From the NCBI GenBank assembly GCA_964016885.1, contig OZ024741.1, positions 274,474,001-274,538,000 of the forward strand: 64,000 bases of DNA, in the 5' to 3' direction. A model generated the notes under the pieces. That model saw only the letters and a program-made list of their open reading frames with translations. It did not search any database and had not been told where the DNA came from. Shown here piece by piece: positions 14,540 through 28,375 of the stretch. Both the position numbers and the translations under genes were made by a program. The DNA is from Eledone cirrhosa (lineage: Eukaryota). How positions within the stretch are numbered: position 1 is the first letter of the stretch; the number at the start of each line of letters is the position of its first letter.

Positions 14540-14548
14540 TTAATCTGT

Positions 14549-14604
<56 letters not shown>

Positions 14605-14654
14605 GAAAGGTATAGAAAACATTGTAGCAAATATATATATATATATATATATAT

Positions 14655-14825
14655 AATTGTTTCTACTTTTGGCACAAGGCCAACAATTATCCCAGTTCAT
14701 TACTGGTACTTTATTTTATCGACCCCGTAAGGATGAAAGGCTAAGTTAACCGCGGCGGGATTTGAACACAGCGCATAACGGGGCGTAACTCTATGCTGGA
14801 AGGCATGACGTCCGACATTCCTTAG
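14655..14825 (-). mobile_element. tRNA-derived SINE
   Basis: Reverse complement of gttcaaatcccgccgcggttaacttagcctttcatccttacggggtcgataaaataaagtaccag. Confidence 0.85.
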
Positions 14826-14909
14826 AATCTTTCTTTGAGATTTTCCTACAGGTGATATGGGGCAGTTTTGAGATTTTCTCAAACACCACATCTATATTTT
14901 CGAATGTAA

Positions 14910-15141
<232 letters not shown>

Positions 15142-15343
15142 ACAAAATCTGTAGAAATGAAAAGGAAAAAGGAAAACGCTACTCAATCTGGAAGAGAACA
15201 GAAATATATATATTTCTGTTCATACACGGAACAAAGGTGCTAGCTAAGGTTTCGAGGTCCAAATATGACCATACCTCCAGAATATAAGAGATATCAAAAC
15301 AGCACACAAATACAAGATGATGTAAGACAGAACAAAATAACAA

Positions 15344-15393
15344 ATTAGTCACTGAGGAGGTCACGGAATGTGTGACGAATGAGCTTTGACAAT
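15344..15393 (+). ncRNA. Minimal hammerhead-like motif with one core defect (GAAT), in a PLE 3'-UTR fragment
   Basis: gtca CTGAGGA g gtcac-ggaatgt-gtgac GAAT gagc TT tgac. Homologous to 23086-23137 (-). Confidence 0.55.
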
Positions 15394-16178
15394 AGACAAA
15401 TAAACAACCATCCAGTTATTAAACCAAACAACTGGAATTTTATTGGCAGCATGACCCTCCTGAAGTATAACAATATCTGTTTCAACACACGTTTTCACAT
15501 AAGAAATCTTACAAAAGAAATACAAAAACGAAGGATATATATATATATATTTAGCTCTGGACATAGCTATCCACCAGTTAATTTTATTGCTCATTTTTTG
15601 TCGATTCTATTGAGTGATGAATAGCTTTTGTTTTATTTTAACATGTCTATTGAGCACTCTAATTCGATATGTGTATTTCCACATTTACTCGAATTGTTTT
15701 CGCGGATATAGGGGTTATCTCCCTTGTCTAATGCCATGTGCGTTTTTCACTGGTAGTTGGCTCCTCTACCGCCAGGAAAAAACTCGTTGAGAAAGTAAAA
15801 CTCCGTTCCGCTTACTCTAGTAGGCTTTTATATTTATATGTGAGCTGATAGAGTACAGTCTAAGGATTTACAGAAACCCATGAAGCTAGATTTAACACCT
15901 GTCTAGTGGGTCCGGGTATGATTTTACATTCATTTAAATTATTGACGTATTGTTTTATTGATATTTTTTATCTGTTTGTCCCGAATCTTCCTCTATCGAT
16001 TTTAAATCGTATGGTTGATTGTAGACTTGTTCTATATGTGACGGTATTTTAACGATAGTTATAGCTCTGATTCATCTGAATTATTGAGCCCTCTGCCGCT
16101 CATGTCGAATCTCGTTTATCGTGAACTCGTGCGCCGATTTTTCGATACTCGATCTTTCTAATATATATATATATAGAT

Positions 16179-16266
<88 letters not shown>

Positions 16267-16302
16267 AAGCTTCTACAGGACTAGAACTGTTTCATTCGTG
16301 AG

Positions 16303-16346
<44 letters not shown>

Positions 16347-16664
16347 CTTTAATCATCAAGATCATAATCGCTCTTCCATTTATAACACGCCACGTATAGG
16401 TCAGCTGACTGCAGATAGTTGTTTGGTCGTCTGATTGAGGAAGACATTAAGGTTAACCATGTGACTTCTACCTGAAAATTAAAATTGCGTTATTTTTATG
16501 GCGGTGTTGTTTGGCGTGGTGCCAGCGCCGAATTAGCTGTATATATTAATATATTCATACATAAATATATTGATATCACACACACACACACGCGCGCGCG
16601 CGCGCGTGTGTGTGTATGTATATGTTTGTATATATATATATATATATATAAATATGTATATATA

Positions 16665-16741
<77 letters not shown>

Positions 16742-16752
16742 GTATATATATA

Positions 16753-16825
<73 letters not shown>

Positions 16826-16849
16826 ATACATATATACATACACACACTC

Positions 16850-16912
<63 letters not shown>

Positions 16913-16913
16913 A

Positions 16914-17003
<90 letters not shown>

Positions 17004-18271
17004 TATATCATATCATATATATAATTATATGTATCTGTATATCAATATATAATATATATATATATTTAATCTCCCTGTTTCTACATTAGCAGGGATTGCC
17101 CTAGAAAATTTCCGAGTAAAGTAATTATACCATATGGTAGTAAAGGAGGGTGTGGAGAAAAACAAGGTCAACGTATGTTCCTAGGAGGGGACAATCCTGG
17201 TATGTTCCAATATTTCTTGTTCATCGCATGGAAAAAAGGGGGGAAAGTCCGATATATAGGAAGAGGATGTGGGTTAGATTGATTCTTATCTGAATGTCCT
17301 GTGGAGACGAACTTATTTAGCAGCTTAAAAATAGACAGATGAAAATATAGTTCTGGAAAAATAAAAAAATGATAATGAAAATGAAATGAGGAGGAATTCG
17401 AAATATGTCGGACGTTTGTTGTTGTTGTTATTGCTGGTATTGTTACATTTATTGTTGTTGTTCTGTTGTTGTTGTTGTTGTTGTTGTTGCTGTTGCTGTT
17501 GTTGTTGTTGTTGCTGCTGCTGCTGTTATTGTTGGTGGTGTTATTGTTGTATTTGCTGTTGCTGCCGTTATTGCTATTGTTATTGCTGTTGTTGCTGCTG
17601 CTGTTGTTGTATTTGCTGTTGTTGCTGCTGCTCCTGTTGTTATTGCTGTTGTTTGCTGCTGTTGTTGTTGCTGATGTTGTTGTTGTTGTTATTGCTGTTG
17701 TTGCTGGTATTGTTGCTACTGCTGTTGTTGTTGTTGTTATTGTTGTATTTCCTGTTGCTGCTGCTGTTGCTGTCGTTATTGCTGTTGCTATTGCTGTTGT
17801 TATTGCTGTTGTTATTGCTGTTGTTGTTGTTGTTGTTGTTGCCGTTGTTGCTGCTGTTGTTGCTGCTGTTGTTGTTGCTGTTGTTATTGCTGTTGTTGTT
17901 GTTGGAGGTGGTGGTGGTGGTAGTGGTGGTAGTGGTGTTGTTGTTGTTGTTGTTAGAGGTTGGGTTTGGCATATTGATGAGTTTGCAAACGGGGTCTTCG
18001 TAATGGCGCCAAGTATTCATCTTTTCATCTATTACCTGCCTTTCCAAATGGATCCCTATGATGTGTGTGTCCCGCTTATTCTCTTCTTTTCTCTCTCCCT
18101 CCCCCCCTCTCTCTCTCTCTATCTATCTATCTATCTCTCACCCTCTCTTTTTCCTCTCTCTCGCCATACACACGCACACATAGACACACATATATATATA
18201 TATGTATATACATACGCGTCGCACACACACACACATATATATATATATACATATATATATGAATATTATAC

Positions 18272-18314
<43 letters not shown>

Positions 18315-18327
18315 TATATACATATAT

Positions 18328-18428
<101 letters not shown>

Positions 18429-18499
18429 TATTTATATATATATATATATATACATAAATATATATACGTATATATACATATATATACATATATATATAC

Positions 18500-18550
<51 letters not shown>

Positions 18551-18551
18551 C

Positions 18552-18627
<76 letters not shown>

Positions 18628-18869
18628 GTATAATATTCATATATATATACTCCCCACCATACTTCAACCACTCCATATTCTCACCCAAGCTCCTCCCACC
18701 ACTTCCACTACCACCTCCACCTCCTACACTCTCACCTCGCCACCTCCACTCCTTCTTCCCACTACAAACTATCTATGTCTATTAACCCGAAAGACCTCTA
18801 CATTGTTCCCAAACACACCACAAGTACCGTGTTATTCAGGCCACACCACAACACCACACCACCACCACA

Positions 18870-19430
18870 CCGCCACAGCACACCACCAAACCACCACACC
18901 ACCATACCATTACACCTTTACACCACCACAGGACCATACCACCATACCATTACACCTTTACACCACCACACCACCATACCATTACACCTTTACACCACCA
19001 CAGGACCATACCACCATACCATTACACCTTTACACCACCACAGGACCATACCACCATACCATTACACCTTTACACCACCACAGCACCATACCACCATACC
19101 ATTACACCTTTACACCACCACAGCACCATACCATTACACCTTTACACCACCACACCACCATACCATTACACCTTTACACCACCACAGCACCATACCACCA
19201 TACCATTACACCTTTACACCACCACAGCACCATACCACCATACCATTACACCTTTACACCACCACAGCACCATACCACCATACCATTACACCTTTACACC
19301 ACCACACCACCATACCACCATACCATTACACCTTTACACCACCACAGCACCATACCACCATACCATTACACCTTTACACCACCACAGCACCATACCACCA
19401 TACCATTACACCTTTACACCACCACAGCAC
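18870..19430. repeat. Minisatellite, ~40-bp unit (caccacagcaccataccaccataccattacacctttacac)
   Basis: Direct tandem copies are visible. Confidence 0.92.
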
Positions 19431-19905
19431 CGCACCACCACCACACCACCACACCGCTACACCGCCACACCACCGCACCACCACCACACCACCACACCAC
19501 CACCACACCACCACACCACCACACCACCACACCGCTACACCACCGCACCACCACACCACCACACCACCACACCACCACCACACCACCACGCCACCACACC
19601 ACCACACCGCTACACCACCGCACCACCACACCACCACACCACCACCACACCACCACACCACCACACCACCACACCACTTAATACAACTACTGTAAAGATA
19701 GATTCTGCGTCGGTTTCGACGAAGAACATTCAGTTGTTCGGTCACCAGATCGTACAGCTTATGAAATAACGAGAAAGTGGTTGAGTATTCCGTCGACAAT
19801 TGTACCCTGAATATAATTCCAAAGTCGAATTGGGGTGACACGATATGTGACAAGATAAGACATTTTAATTTCACGCACATCTCATCTGTTTATATAATGT
19901 ATATA

Positions 19906-20300
19906 TGTAGCGAAATCTGTCCACGCCTTGAACCTTGGGTGACACCTAAAGGTCAAACTCTAGGTCATCACCCTTTTGGTGTGCACAGGTTCATGCATGG
20001 GCTATCCCCCTCAAGGTGGGAGACAGAAAGCGACAGGTATATAAAGCCTGTATCATCCCACGTTTAGACAGAGAGATCGGAGCACCATGATACAGACCAG
20101 CTCTGTAAAGATTCACCGCTATCTACAGGCCACAGTGATCTACAGTCAACTACAGACCATTCAGAGGTCTACAGACCATTACTTTCTTTCTCTCCTGGTC
20201 GCAGACTAAACCAGACTCACGACGAGAACTACTACCACAGACTGCATCCACCAACAAACTTTATACAAAATAACATTGTCAACCTTCGCAACTCAGTTCA
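19906..20300 (+). mobile_element. Solo LTR (395 bp) inserted downstream of the Chapaev3-like transposase ORF
   Basis: Begins TGTAG and ends TTCA, with a 4-bp TATA on both sides (19902-05, 20301-04). Internal TATATAAA near 20038 and AAATAA near 20268. Confidence 0.65.
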
Positions 20301-20390
20301 TATAATTAAATCAACAGAGTATATATTTATTTTATTACACGAGCTTATCAAAAGCAAACAAGTAAAAACAAATAACGCTTATAAAGCAAC

Positions 20391-21479
20391 TTATACACGA
20401 CAGAAATGACTGGATTTCCTGGATTTGCGGTTGTAGTTCAGGTCGCATTCCCGCACTAGCCCCCAGATATAGTCCCCCATCATTTTTTGATTGTAGTGGC
20501 CCTGGTACCTCCGCTCTATCTCTTTCACATCTTGGTGGAATCGTTCGCCTTGTTCTTCTGAGTAGGCGCCCATATTGTCCTTGAATTTTTCCAGGTGAGT
20601 GTCCAGCATATGAAGTTTAAGCGACATCCTGCATCCCATGGCGCCAAAAGCTTTTATCAGATCCTGCACCAGTTGCTGGTAGTTTTCAGCTCTGTAGTTG
20701 TTCAGGAAGCCCTTAACAACTGCCTTGAAACAGTTCCATGCTGTTCTCTCAATCCTATTGAGCTTATTGGAGAACTCGGTTGACTCAAACACCTTCTTTA
20801 TCTGAGGTCCAACAAAAATTCCGCCTTTGATTTTGGCCTCAGATAACTTGGGGAAGAACTCAAGAAGGTACTTAAAAGCGGCTGATTCTTGGTTGAGAGC
20901 CTTCACAAACTGCTTCATCAACCCCAACTTAATGTGCAGTGGCGGCATGAGCACAATCCTGGGATCAACCAATTGCTCCCACCTGACGTTCCGGGTCCCA
21001 ACTACAAATTCTGTTCGCTGCTCCCAGTTCTTTCTTTTGTAGTGGTCAGAGGTGGCTCTGCTGTCCCAAAGGCAGAGGAAGCATTGGAATTTGATAAAGC
21101 CTCCTTGGAGTCCAAGCAGGAAAGCCACCATCTTGAAGTCTCCAATGATTTCCCAATTGTACTGGTTGTATTGCAGAGCTTCCAAGAGGACTTTCACACT
21201 GTAGTAATCTTCCTTCAGGCAGACTGAATGAGCTAGGGGCAGTGTCGGGAACTTGTTTCCATTGTGGAGGAGGACAACCTTCAAACTTGTGGTGGAGCTG
21301 TCTATAAATAGCCGCCACTCCTTGGGCACAAACGGCACCACAATAACGTAAAACAGTCCAGGCACGTCATGGCAGAAGCAAAGGCCATCCCCAAGAGTGT
21401 AAAAGCCTGAGAAAGGTTCGAGTCGACTTCTCTGACTTGTCACCTGCACTTCCTCCTTGACCAAGTTCCACTGCTTCAT
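20391..21479 (-). CDS. Chapaev3-like DDE transposase, C-terminal 362 aa
   Basis: Motifs WRLFIDSS..SLK.VLLHNGN, GDFKMV..LLGLQGGF..CFLCLWDSR, PPLHIKLGLMKQFVKAL, MSLKLH..H and SEEQGERFHQD. Confidence 0.8.
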   Translation of the reverse strand: MKQWNLVKEEVQVTSQRSRLEPFSGFYTLGDGLCFCHDVPGLFYVIVVPFVPKEWRLFIDSSTTSLKVVLLHNGNKFPTLPLAHSVCLKEDYYSVKVLLEALQYNQYNWEIIGDFKMVAFLLGLQGGFIKFQCFLCLWDSRATSDHYKRKNWEQRTEFVVGTRNVRWEQLVDPRIVLMPPLHIKLGLMKQFVKALNQESAAFKYLLEFFPKLSEAKIKGGIFVGPQIKKVFESTEFSNKLNRIERTAWNCFKAVVKGFLNNYRAENYQQLVQDLIKAFGAMGCRMSLKLHMLDTHLEKFKDNMGAYSEEQGERFHQDVKEIERRYQGHYNQKMMGDYIWGLVRECDLNYNRKSRKSSHFCRV

Positions 21480-21977
21480 CCTGGAGACGAATGCTTAAAA
21501 CACAACTTACCCTTTATTCAGGGTGCGACAATCCAGTATCAATAAATCTCTTTAATCCACTTTTTAACAATTTTATACTTTATTGCACTTTTATAATTTT
21601 CTTTAAGTATTACTCTTTATTTTATAATTTTAATTTAACCTGAAACATATATTAAAAAAATCATTTAACATAAGCAAATTAAACTTACATACAACGTAAA
21701 ATCCAGCATAAGATAATTCTAGTGAATAGCTTAGAATTTTTACAAACCCAAACTTTTAACTGTTTAATAGCACTTTTTTTTATTTATTTGGGACCTAAGC
21801 AACACAAAAAAAGTGATTACAAGCCAAGAACAAAGAAAAAAAAATATTTTTGTTACACGGTGTTATTGTTCTTTTTGACTAAATTGAAGTAAACCTTTAT
21901 ATATAAAGTAAATCAGCCATTCTTGTTATTTCATCTAACAACTATTATAATCCTTCTAACAATTTCTTAAATATATG

Positions 21978-22011
<34 letters not shown>

Positions 22012-22165
22012 CGTGTGTGTGAGTGTGTGTGTTCTGTGTGTCTGTGTGTGTGTATATATATGTATATATATGTATATATAAGTATATATATATATATATA
22101 GAGAGAGAAGGTGAGTAATATTGTAGAACAATAAAACTATGCATATATCAGATCAATAGTATATA

Positions 22166-22988
22166 TCTAATATATATTTGTGAAATGGGCGGTGGTTGAA
22201 ATTCAGATGTGCACAGTTAAATGGTAGTAGACGTAGTCGGACTGACATGAAAATTTACACACTTATGTAAAAAGTGCCAAGGAAACAAATTGATGAGGTT
22301 TCAAATCTCTAACTTGAAAATGTGGTCCCTAGGGCCCCCAAACGGTCTATTTACTATCGCGTTCGGTGAGTTATTTCCCCATGTTCTAATACTTGGCTGA
22401 GTTATTTACAATTTCATACACATTTTTAAACTCATCAACGTTCTTTCGCTGTTAACATACAGTACCAATAATTTGAAAAATATTATTGAAAGTTTATTAT
22501 AAAGAAGCAGTTTCAAGAAAAAGTGTAAACTATCATACAAACCTTCATAATATGCATTTTTAAACTTGCATATCATCGACATTGCTATTTCGCTGTTAAT
22601 AAACTATCATCCTTCTACATTTAACGATCATACAGTACCGTTTTATGGAATCGATTCTGCAGTACGGTCACTGTTTTCCATCAAAAGAAATAAAACCCTT
22701 AAATTGCGAAGAAGGGACGCGTGTTTTTATTTTAATTCTAATACATGTTAACCACCACTAACAGTAAGTAGTATTTTTCAAATTGCATATCATCGACATT
22801 GCTATTTCTCTGTTAATAAACAACGCTTTTCACGTCGCACCACTTCTCATTGTACGCCGTCCAACCCCAAGTGCATATTTCTATTTTTTTTTCCTGAAAC
22901 TGCTTCTTTATAATAAACTTTCAATAATATTTTTCAAATTATTAACTTAATAAAAAGTGGCCCCGGGTGCAACCGGGCTCAGCTGCTA

Positions 22989-22989
<1 letters not shown>
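22166..22989 (+). mobile_element. Non-autonomous Helitron
   Basis: A|TC 5' start; 3' hairpin cccgg-gtgcaa-ccggg followed by CTAG|T. Internal ~55-bp inverted repeat (22468-22522 vs 22888-22943). Confidence 0.75.
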
Positions 22990-23055
<66 letters not shown>

Positions 23056-23059
23056 TACA

Positions 23060-24010
23060 GATTAATAACCAGATAGTTGTTTATTAATTGTCACAACTCT
23101 TTCATCACACATTCTGTGACCTCCTCAGTGACTAATTTGTTATTTTGTGTCTTTCCTTTGTTCTGTCCTACACCATCTTGCTTTAGTCAGCTGTGTGCTG
23201 TGTATTTTGGTTGTGCATGCGTTTTATTCTGGTGTGTGTATTTTCATTTATTTATTTATTCATTTATTTACTTCTCACTAGATGCTTGTTCTCTGTGTGT
23301 GCGCCTGGTTTGTTTTATTAGTTTGGTTCTTGTGTGCCTCTGAATATCTTTATTTTGTCTTTATTTACTAGGTGTGATGCTGTTACTGTTCTACTTATGT
23401 TTACTTTTTAATTTTAGTTGGAGTTCGTTTGTTTGTTGCTTCTGTAATCAGTCGGAGCATTGCCTCTTTTCTGTGTGTGGATATGATTTTTATATTTTAT
23501 CTAGTGTGTCCCATGTTCCATTTTGACATATTGGTGGTGTACTGATGAGTTCTTCCCATTTTGGAGTTCTCACCAGTGTTCATTTATCTGCTCTCCTATA
23601 CTATTTTCCTAGTTTTGCAGTTAATTTGTGGGCTCAATTTGCAAACTATACATTTCCCATCAGTATAGAAGTTTTTTCAAAAGAATATGTTCAACTAATT
23701 CGCGCTTTTATGGGAATATCTGGTCTTTCAACTATCTTATTCCAAAATTTGCTCCTATGCATGGGGAAAGTCTCATTCGCATCATTTTCTACAGTCTTTG
23801 TCCATTTGACCCTGGCTCCTATATATACCCTGATCCTGTCTCTCTGATTGTAGCCAGAGAACTGCATGTGGTAGATGAAATGTTGTATGTGTGTTGCTAA
23901 TTCTTTAGGGTTGCACATACGTGACACATTCCTCATCACTCTTCTTTAATCCGCAATTAGTAATTGCGGATTTAGTAAGAGTGATGAGGAATGTGCAACT
24001 TACAGATCCC
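23060..24010 (-). mobile_element. Degraded Penelope-like element (thumb/GIY-YIG remnant plus 3' UTR) with a 5' fold-back
   Basis: Minus strand RMCNP..HIQHFIYHMQFSGY and C..C....NCKTRKIV*E remnants. Palindrome centred near 23960. UTR shared with 15300-15400 and ~35940-36060. Confidence 0.55.
23086..23137 (-). ncRNA. Minimal hammerhead-like motif with a G at the cleavage position
   Basis: Minus strand: aattagtca CTGAGGA g gtcac-agaatgt-gtgat GAAA gagt TG tgacaatt. Confidence 0.55.
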
Positions 24011-25040
24011 GCAACTGAGAATATTAGACAGGCCCTATTTATTCTATACAGCCATGCCTCCCTCTGCTCATCCAGCCATCACACCGTGCAACTTATAGAT
24101 CCAGCAACTGAGAATAAGGGACAGCCCCTATTAATTCTACTGAGACTCAAATATAATTAAAATAAAATAAAATAAAATAAAATAAAATAAAATAAAATAA
24201 AATAAAATAAAATAAAATAAAATAAAATAGAACAAAATAAATGAGTTTTAAAATATAAAAGAAAATTTTAAGAAACCATGGTCGTTAATCAATTGAAAAG
24301 GCTCATGAATACATTCCGTTCTCTGCCCCTTAATACGTTGTCCCACGGGCAAACCTGGGGATAACAATGTTCTAAAAATGAAAGGGTCGTTACAATGAAA
24401 GGGTCGAGTGCGTTTGTTTCAGACACAACATAAAATGGATGACTCTGGTGAGTTGGCGAGAAAGATATGTACAGAAGCAGCGAAGAAGATTTATGGTGTG
24501 GATATATTAATAAGTACAGATAGTGTATGTATATGTTGATATGTATGTATTTGTATGTATGTATGAAGATAGGTATGTAGCAGGGTATGTCAGTCTCTAT
24601 GTACGTATGTATGTATGTTTGTATATATATATGTTTGAAGTTAGATTTGTAGGTGGGTATGTCAGTCTGCATGTATGTATGTATGTGTGTATGTATGTAT
24701 GTATGTATGTGTATGTATGTGTGTGTATATGTATCTATGTATATATAAAGGTAGTTATGTAGGTGGGTATGTATCTATGTATGTATGCATATATGTATGT
24801 ATATATGTATGGGTGTGTAACTATTGTGTGTATGTATTTATGTGTGTGTATATGTATGTATCTATGTTTGAAGGAAGGTATGTAGGTGGGTATGTCAGTC
24901 TGTATGTATGTATGTATGTATGTATGTATGTGTATGTATGTATGTATGTATGTGTATATATGTATCTATGCCAGTATGAAGGTAGATATGTAGGTGGGTA
25001 TGTATGTGTATATGCATGAATGTAGGTATGTATGTATGTA

Positions 25041-25090
<50 letters not shown>

Positions 25091-25264
25091 TATATATGCA
25101 TATATATGCATATATATATATATATATATATATAATGTATTCTGTGTGTGAGTATATATGCTGGAAGTGTATACAACCACTGTAATATGATTAGAGAATA
25201 GTTCTTAAAGGCACAAGATGGCTATAAATTGTCGTGTATAATCATCAGTAGCATTTTATACACA

Positions 25265-25353
<89 letters not shown>

Positions 25354-25810
25354 CATATATATATACATATATATATGTATGTATGTATGTATATATATAT
25401 ATATGTATATATATTACATGTATATATAATAGATATATACTATATATACATATTATATATTATATATATGTATATTATATATCATATATATCATATATAT
25501 AATATATAAGCACATATATATATATGTGTGTGTTTGTGTGTGTGTGTGTATGTCTGTGTGTGTTAGTATGTACGTGTATTTGTTTAACATAAATCTAGAT
25601 ATACACAAAGGCACCTGCAAATTACACACACACACTGATATACTATATATACTCACTAAAACATACATACTTACATACACATAGGCACAAGCGTTCACAC
25701 TCAATTGCACACATAAACACACGCATCATTAACACACAGACATACGCAATCTTTCACATTCAACTACTTATCAAAACACATACATCATTAGCAAACACCT
25801 CATACATTAC

Positions 25811-25921
<111 letters not shown>

Positions 25922-26197
25922 CTCAATCCATACCTATATATATATATAAATACATAAGTCCATAATACATACATATATATATACATACATACATATATAC
26001 ATACATACATACATACTCACTCACGAAGACATTCACACCCAGATGCACACATACACAAGCGCATACACAGAGAGGGAGAGAATGTTTTCTTTCCATAGCT
26101 AAAAGCTACTTCCATTTTAAGGCCACAGTTTCGTAACATCACTATTTTCCTTTCTTACCGCTCCAAGAATTTTCTCTTTTGGTTGAAAAGATGGGAA

Positions 26198-26257
<60 letters not shown>

Positions 26258-27284
26258 TAATATTAACACAAAAGCTAAAAGCAGCAGCAAAAGACGAAAC
26301 AAAACAAGGAAAAAAAATATATGCAAAAATAACAGAGGAAGTATAAAAAAAGAAAAATCGCAAGAAAGGCAAGATGAATTGTGAGAGTGAAGTGTTCCTA
26401 GAGGTCTGACACCCACTCCATTAGAGAAACAGTTGATAATCAATGATGAAAATACCACCCCGACATCCCTGGCGAATACTTTGCTCGGGTCATTTGTTTC
26501 GTAGAACGAATGTGACGACGAAGAATCCAATCTGAACGCAGCCTCTGGGCAAAGAATTCGTCTGCCAAAAAGAATTTTGTAAGAAGGTCAGCTCCATGTG
26601 AATTCCATCAGCTTTATACTGCTTAAATTAACCCTTTGGGGTTGGTTGGTGGAGTGGTGGGTGGAGGTGGAGGTGGGCGATGGTTGAGGCGGGGTGGGGT
26701 AGTGTGTGAGAGATGTGATTGTGTCAGAGCTACACTACAACTGATGCTATTGTTGTTGTTGTTGTTGTTGTTATTGTTAGTGTTAGTGGTGATGGTGGTG
26801 GCGGTGGTGGTGGTGGTGGTGGTGGTGTAGTGGTGGTGCTGGTTGTGGAGGTAATGCTGGTGGTGTAGTGGTGGTGTTGATGTGGTGGTGTTGGTGGTTG
26901 TGGTGGTGGTGTTGGTGGTTGTGGTGGTAGTGTTGATGTTGTGTTGGTGGTGGTTGTGTTGGTGGTTGTGGTGGTGGGGTTGTTGTTATGTTGGTGGTGG
27001 TTGTGGTGGTGGTTTTGAGGTTGTGTTGGTGGTGGTTGTGTTGGTGATTGTAGTGGTGGTGTTGGTGGTGGTTGTGGTGGTGGTGGTTGTGGTGGTGGTG
27101 GTTGGTGGACACTCAGAAATTGTCGACAAGAAAATTTGATTATATAAGCACACAGACACAAACATACACACATGCACACACATACATTCACATACGCAAA
27201 TGTATATATACACAAACAGTTACATATGTATACATACATACAACATCATATATATATATATTTATGCATATATACATATATATA

Positions 27285-27357
<73 letters not shown>

Positions 27358-27412
27358 CTATACTTTAATTTCTATATATATTTTATATATATGTATATAT
27401 ATATATATATAC

Positions 27413-27457
<45 letters not shown>

Positions 27458-27483
27458 TGCATGCATACATGTATCTATATATA

Positions 27484-27553
<70 letters not shown>

Positions 27554-27587
27554 TATATAGATATATATAGATACATGTATGCATGCA

Positions 27588-27640
<53 letters not shown>

Positions 27641-28131
27641 GTATATATATATATATACATATATATAAAATATATACAAGAAGGAATTAGTATGCGAAGT
27701 GTAATAGATGAAGAATGTTCAAAGTAGACAGTCAACGATTGGTTGTGGTGTGGCGGGAAAACAAGCCATTCACATTCCTTGTGTCAACTGCAATGGCGGA
27801 ACTGCATGAGTGCAACACTGCAGTTTTTAACATTATTTTCTGTGCATTAAAGCTTGTCAAGAGTGCATCGTCAGGAAATAATATGGGCAAACCCCCTTAA
27901 GGATTGTAGAATGTACAGTATCAATAATTTACATACTTATTTATAGACAAGCAGACGCGTGCGCAGACACACACGCATGTATATATATATATATGTGAGT
28001 GTGTGTGCGTGTGTGTGTATGTGTGTGTGTGTGGGGGGGGGGGGGGTATTCATTTACTTATTCATACACATATAGGTATACACACAGACGCACGCATATA
28101 TATATATATATATTATATAAATATACATATA

Positions 28132-28227
<96 letters not shown>

Positions 28228-28375
28228 CTTAAGTAAATATGTGGTTGGGTAGGTAGGTAGGTAGGTAGGTAGGTAGGAAGGAAGGAAGGAAGGTAGGTAG
28301 GTAGGTAGGTAGGTAGGTAGGTAGGTAGGTAGGTAGGTAGGTAGGTAGGTAGGTAGGTAGGTGGTAGGTAGGTAG

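Larger units (their letters stand above)
12343..14553 (-). mobile_element. Penelope-like retroelement (Naiad-like) with GIY-YIG ORF, long 3' UTR and an inverted partial pLTR, flanked by (TA)n
   Basis: Minus strand 13437-14292 reads SITKNLVRNVSLRLSRLS..YYNEALARSGF..RNRSRRICWYNPPYN..FNRNTIKISYS..CNCR..CPLSGKC..IVYKC..AYIGLT..CDLCAAE..LNKKSE..CKH. Segment 14292-14553 is an inverted copy of ~12440-12700. Confidence 0.92.
19675..21862 (-). mobile_element. Chapaev3-like (CMC superfamily) DNA transposon, internally deleted
   Basis: Carries a transposase ORF. The right end reads CACCGTGTAACAAAAA on the minus strand, flanked by TTA on the plus strand. The left end (CAC at 19675) is tentative. Confidence 0.65.

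Noticed and set aside
17090-17340. Possible PLE linker remnant (KYWNI..F..PP..Y) on the minus strand
   Set aside because: The similarity is too weak to support without a search.
26380-26630. Unique-looking segment as a coding exon
   Set aside because: Stops occur in the frames examined, and no clear splice-bounded frame or motif was found.
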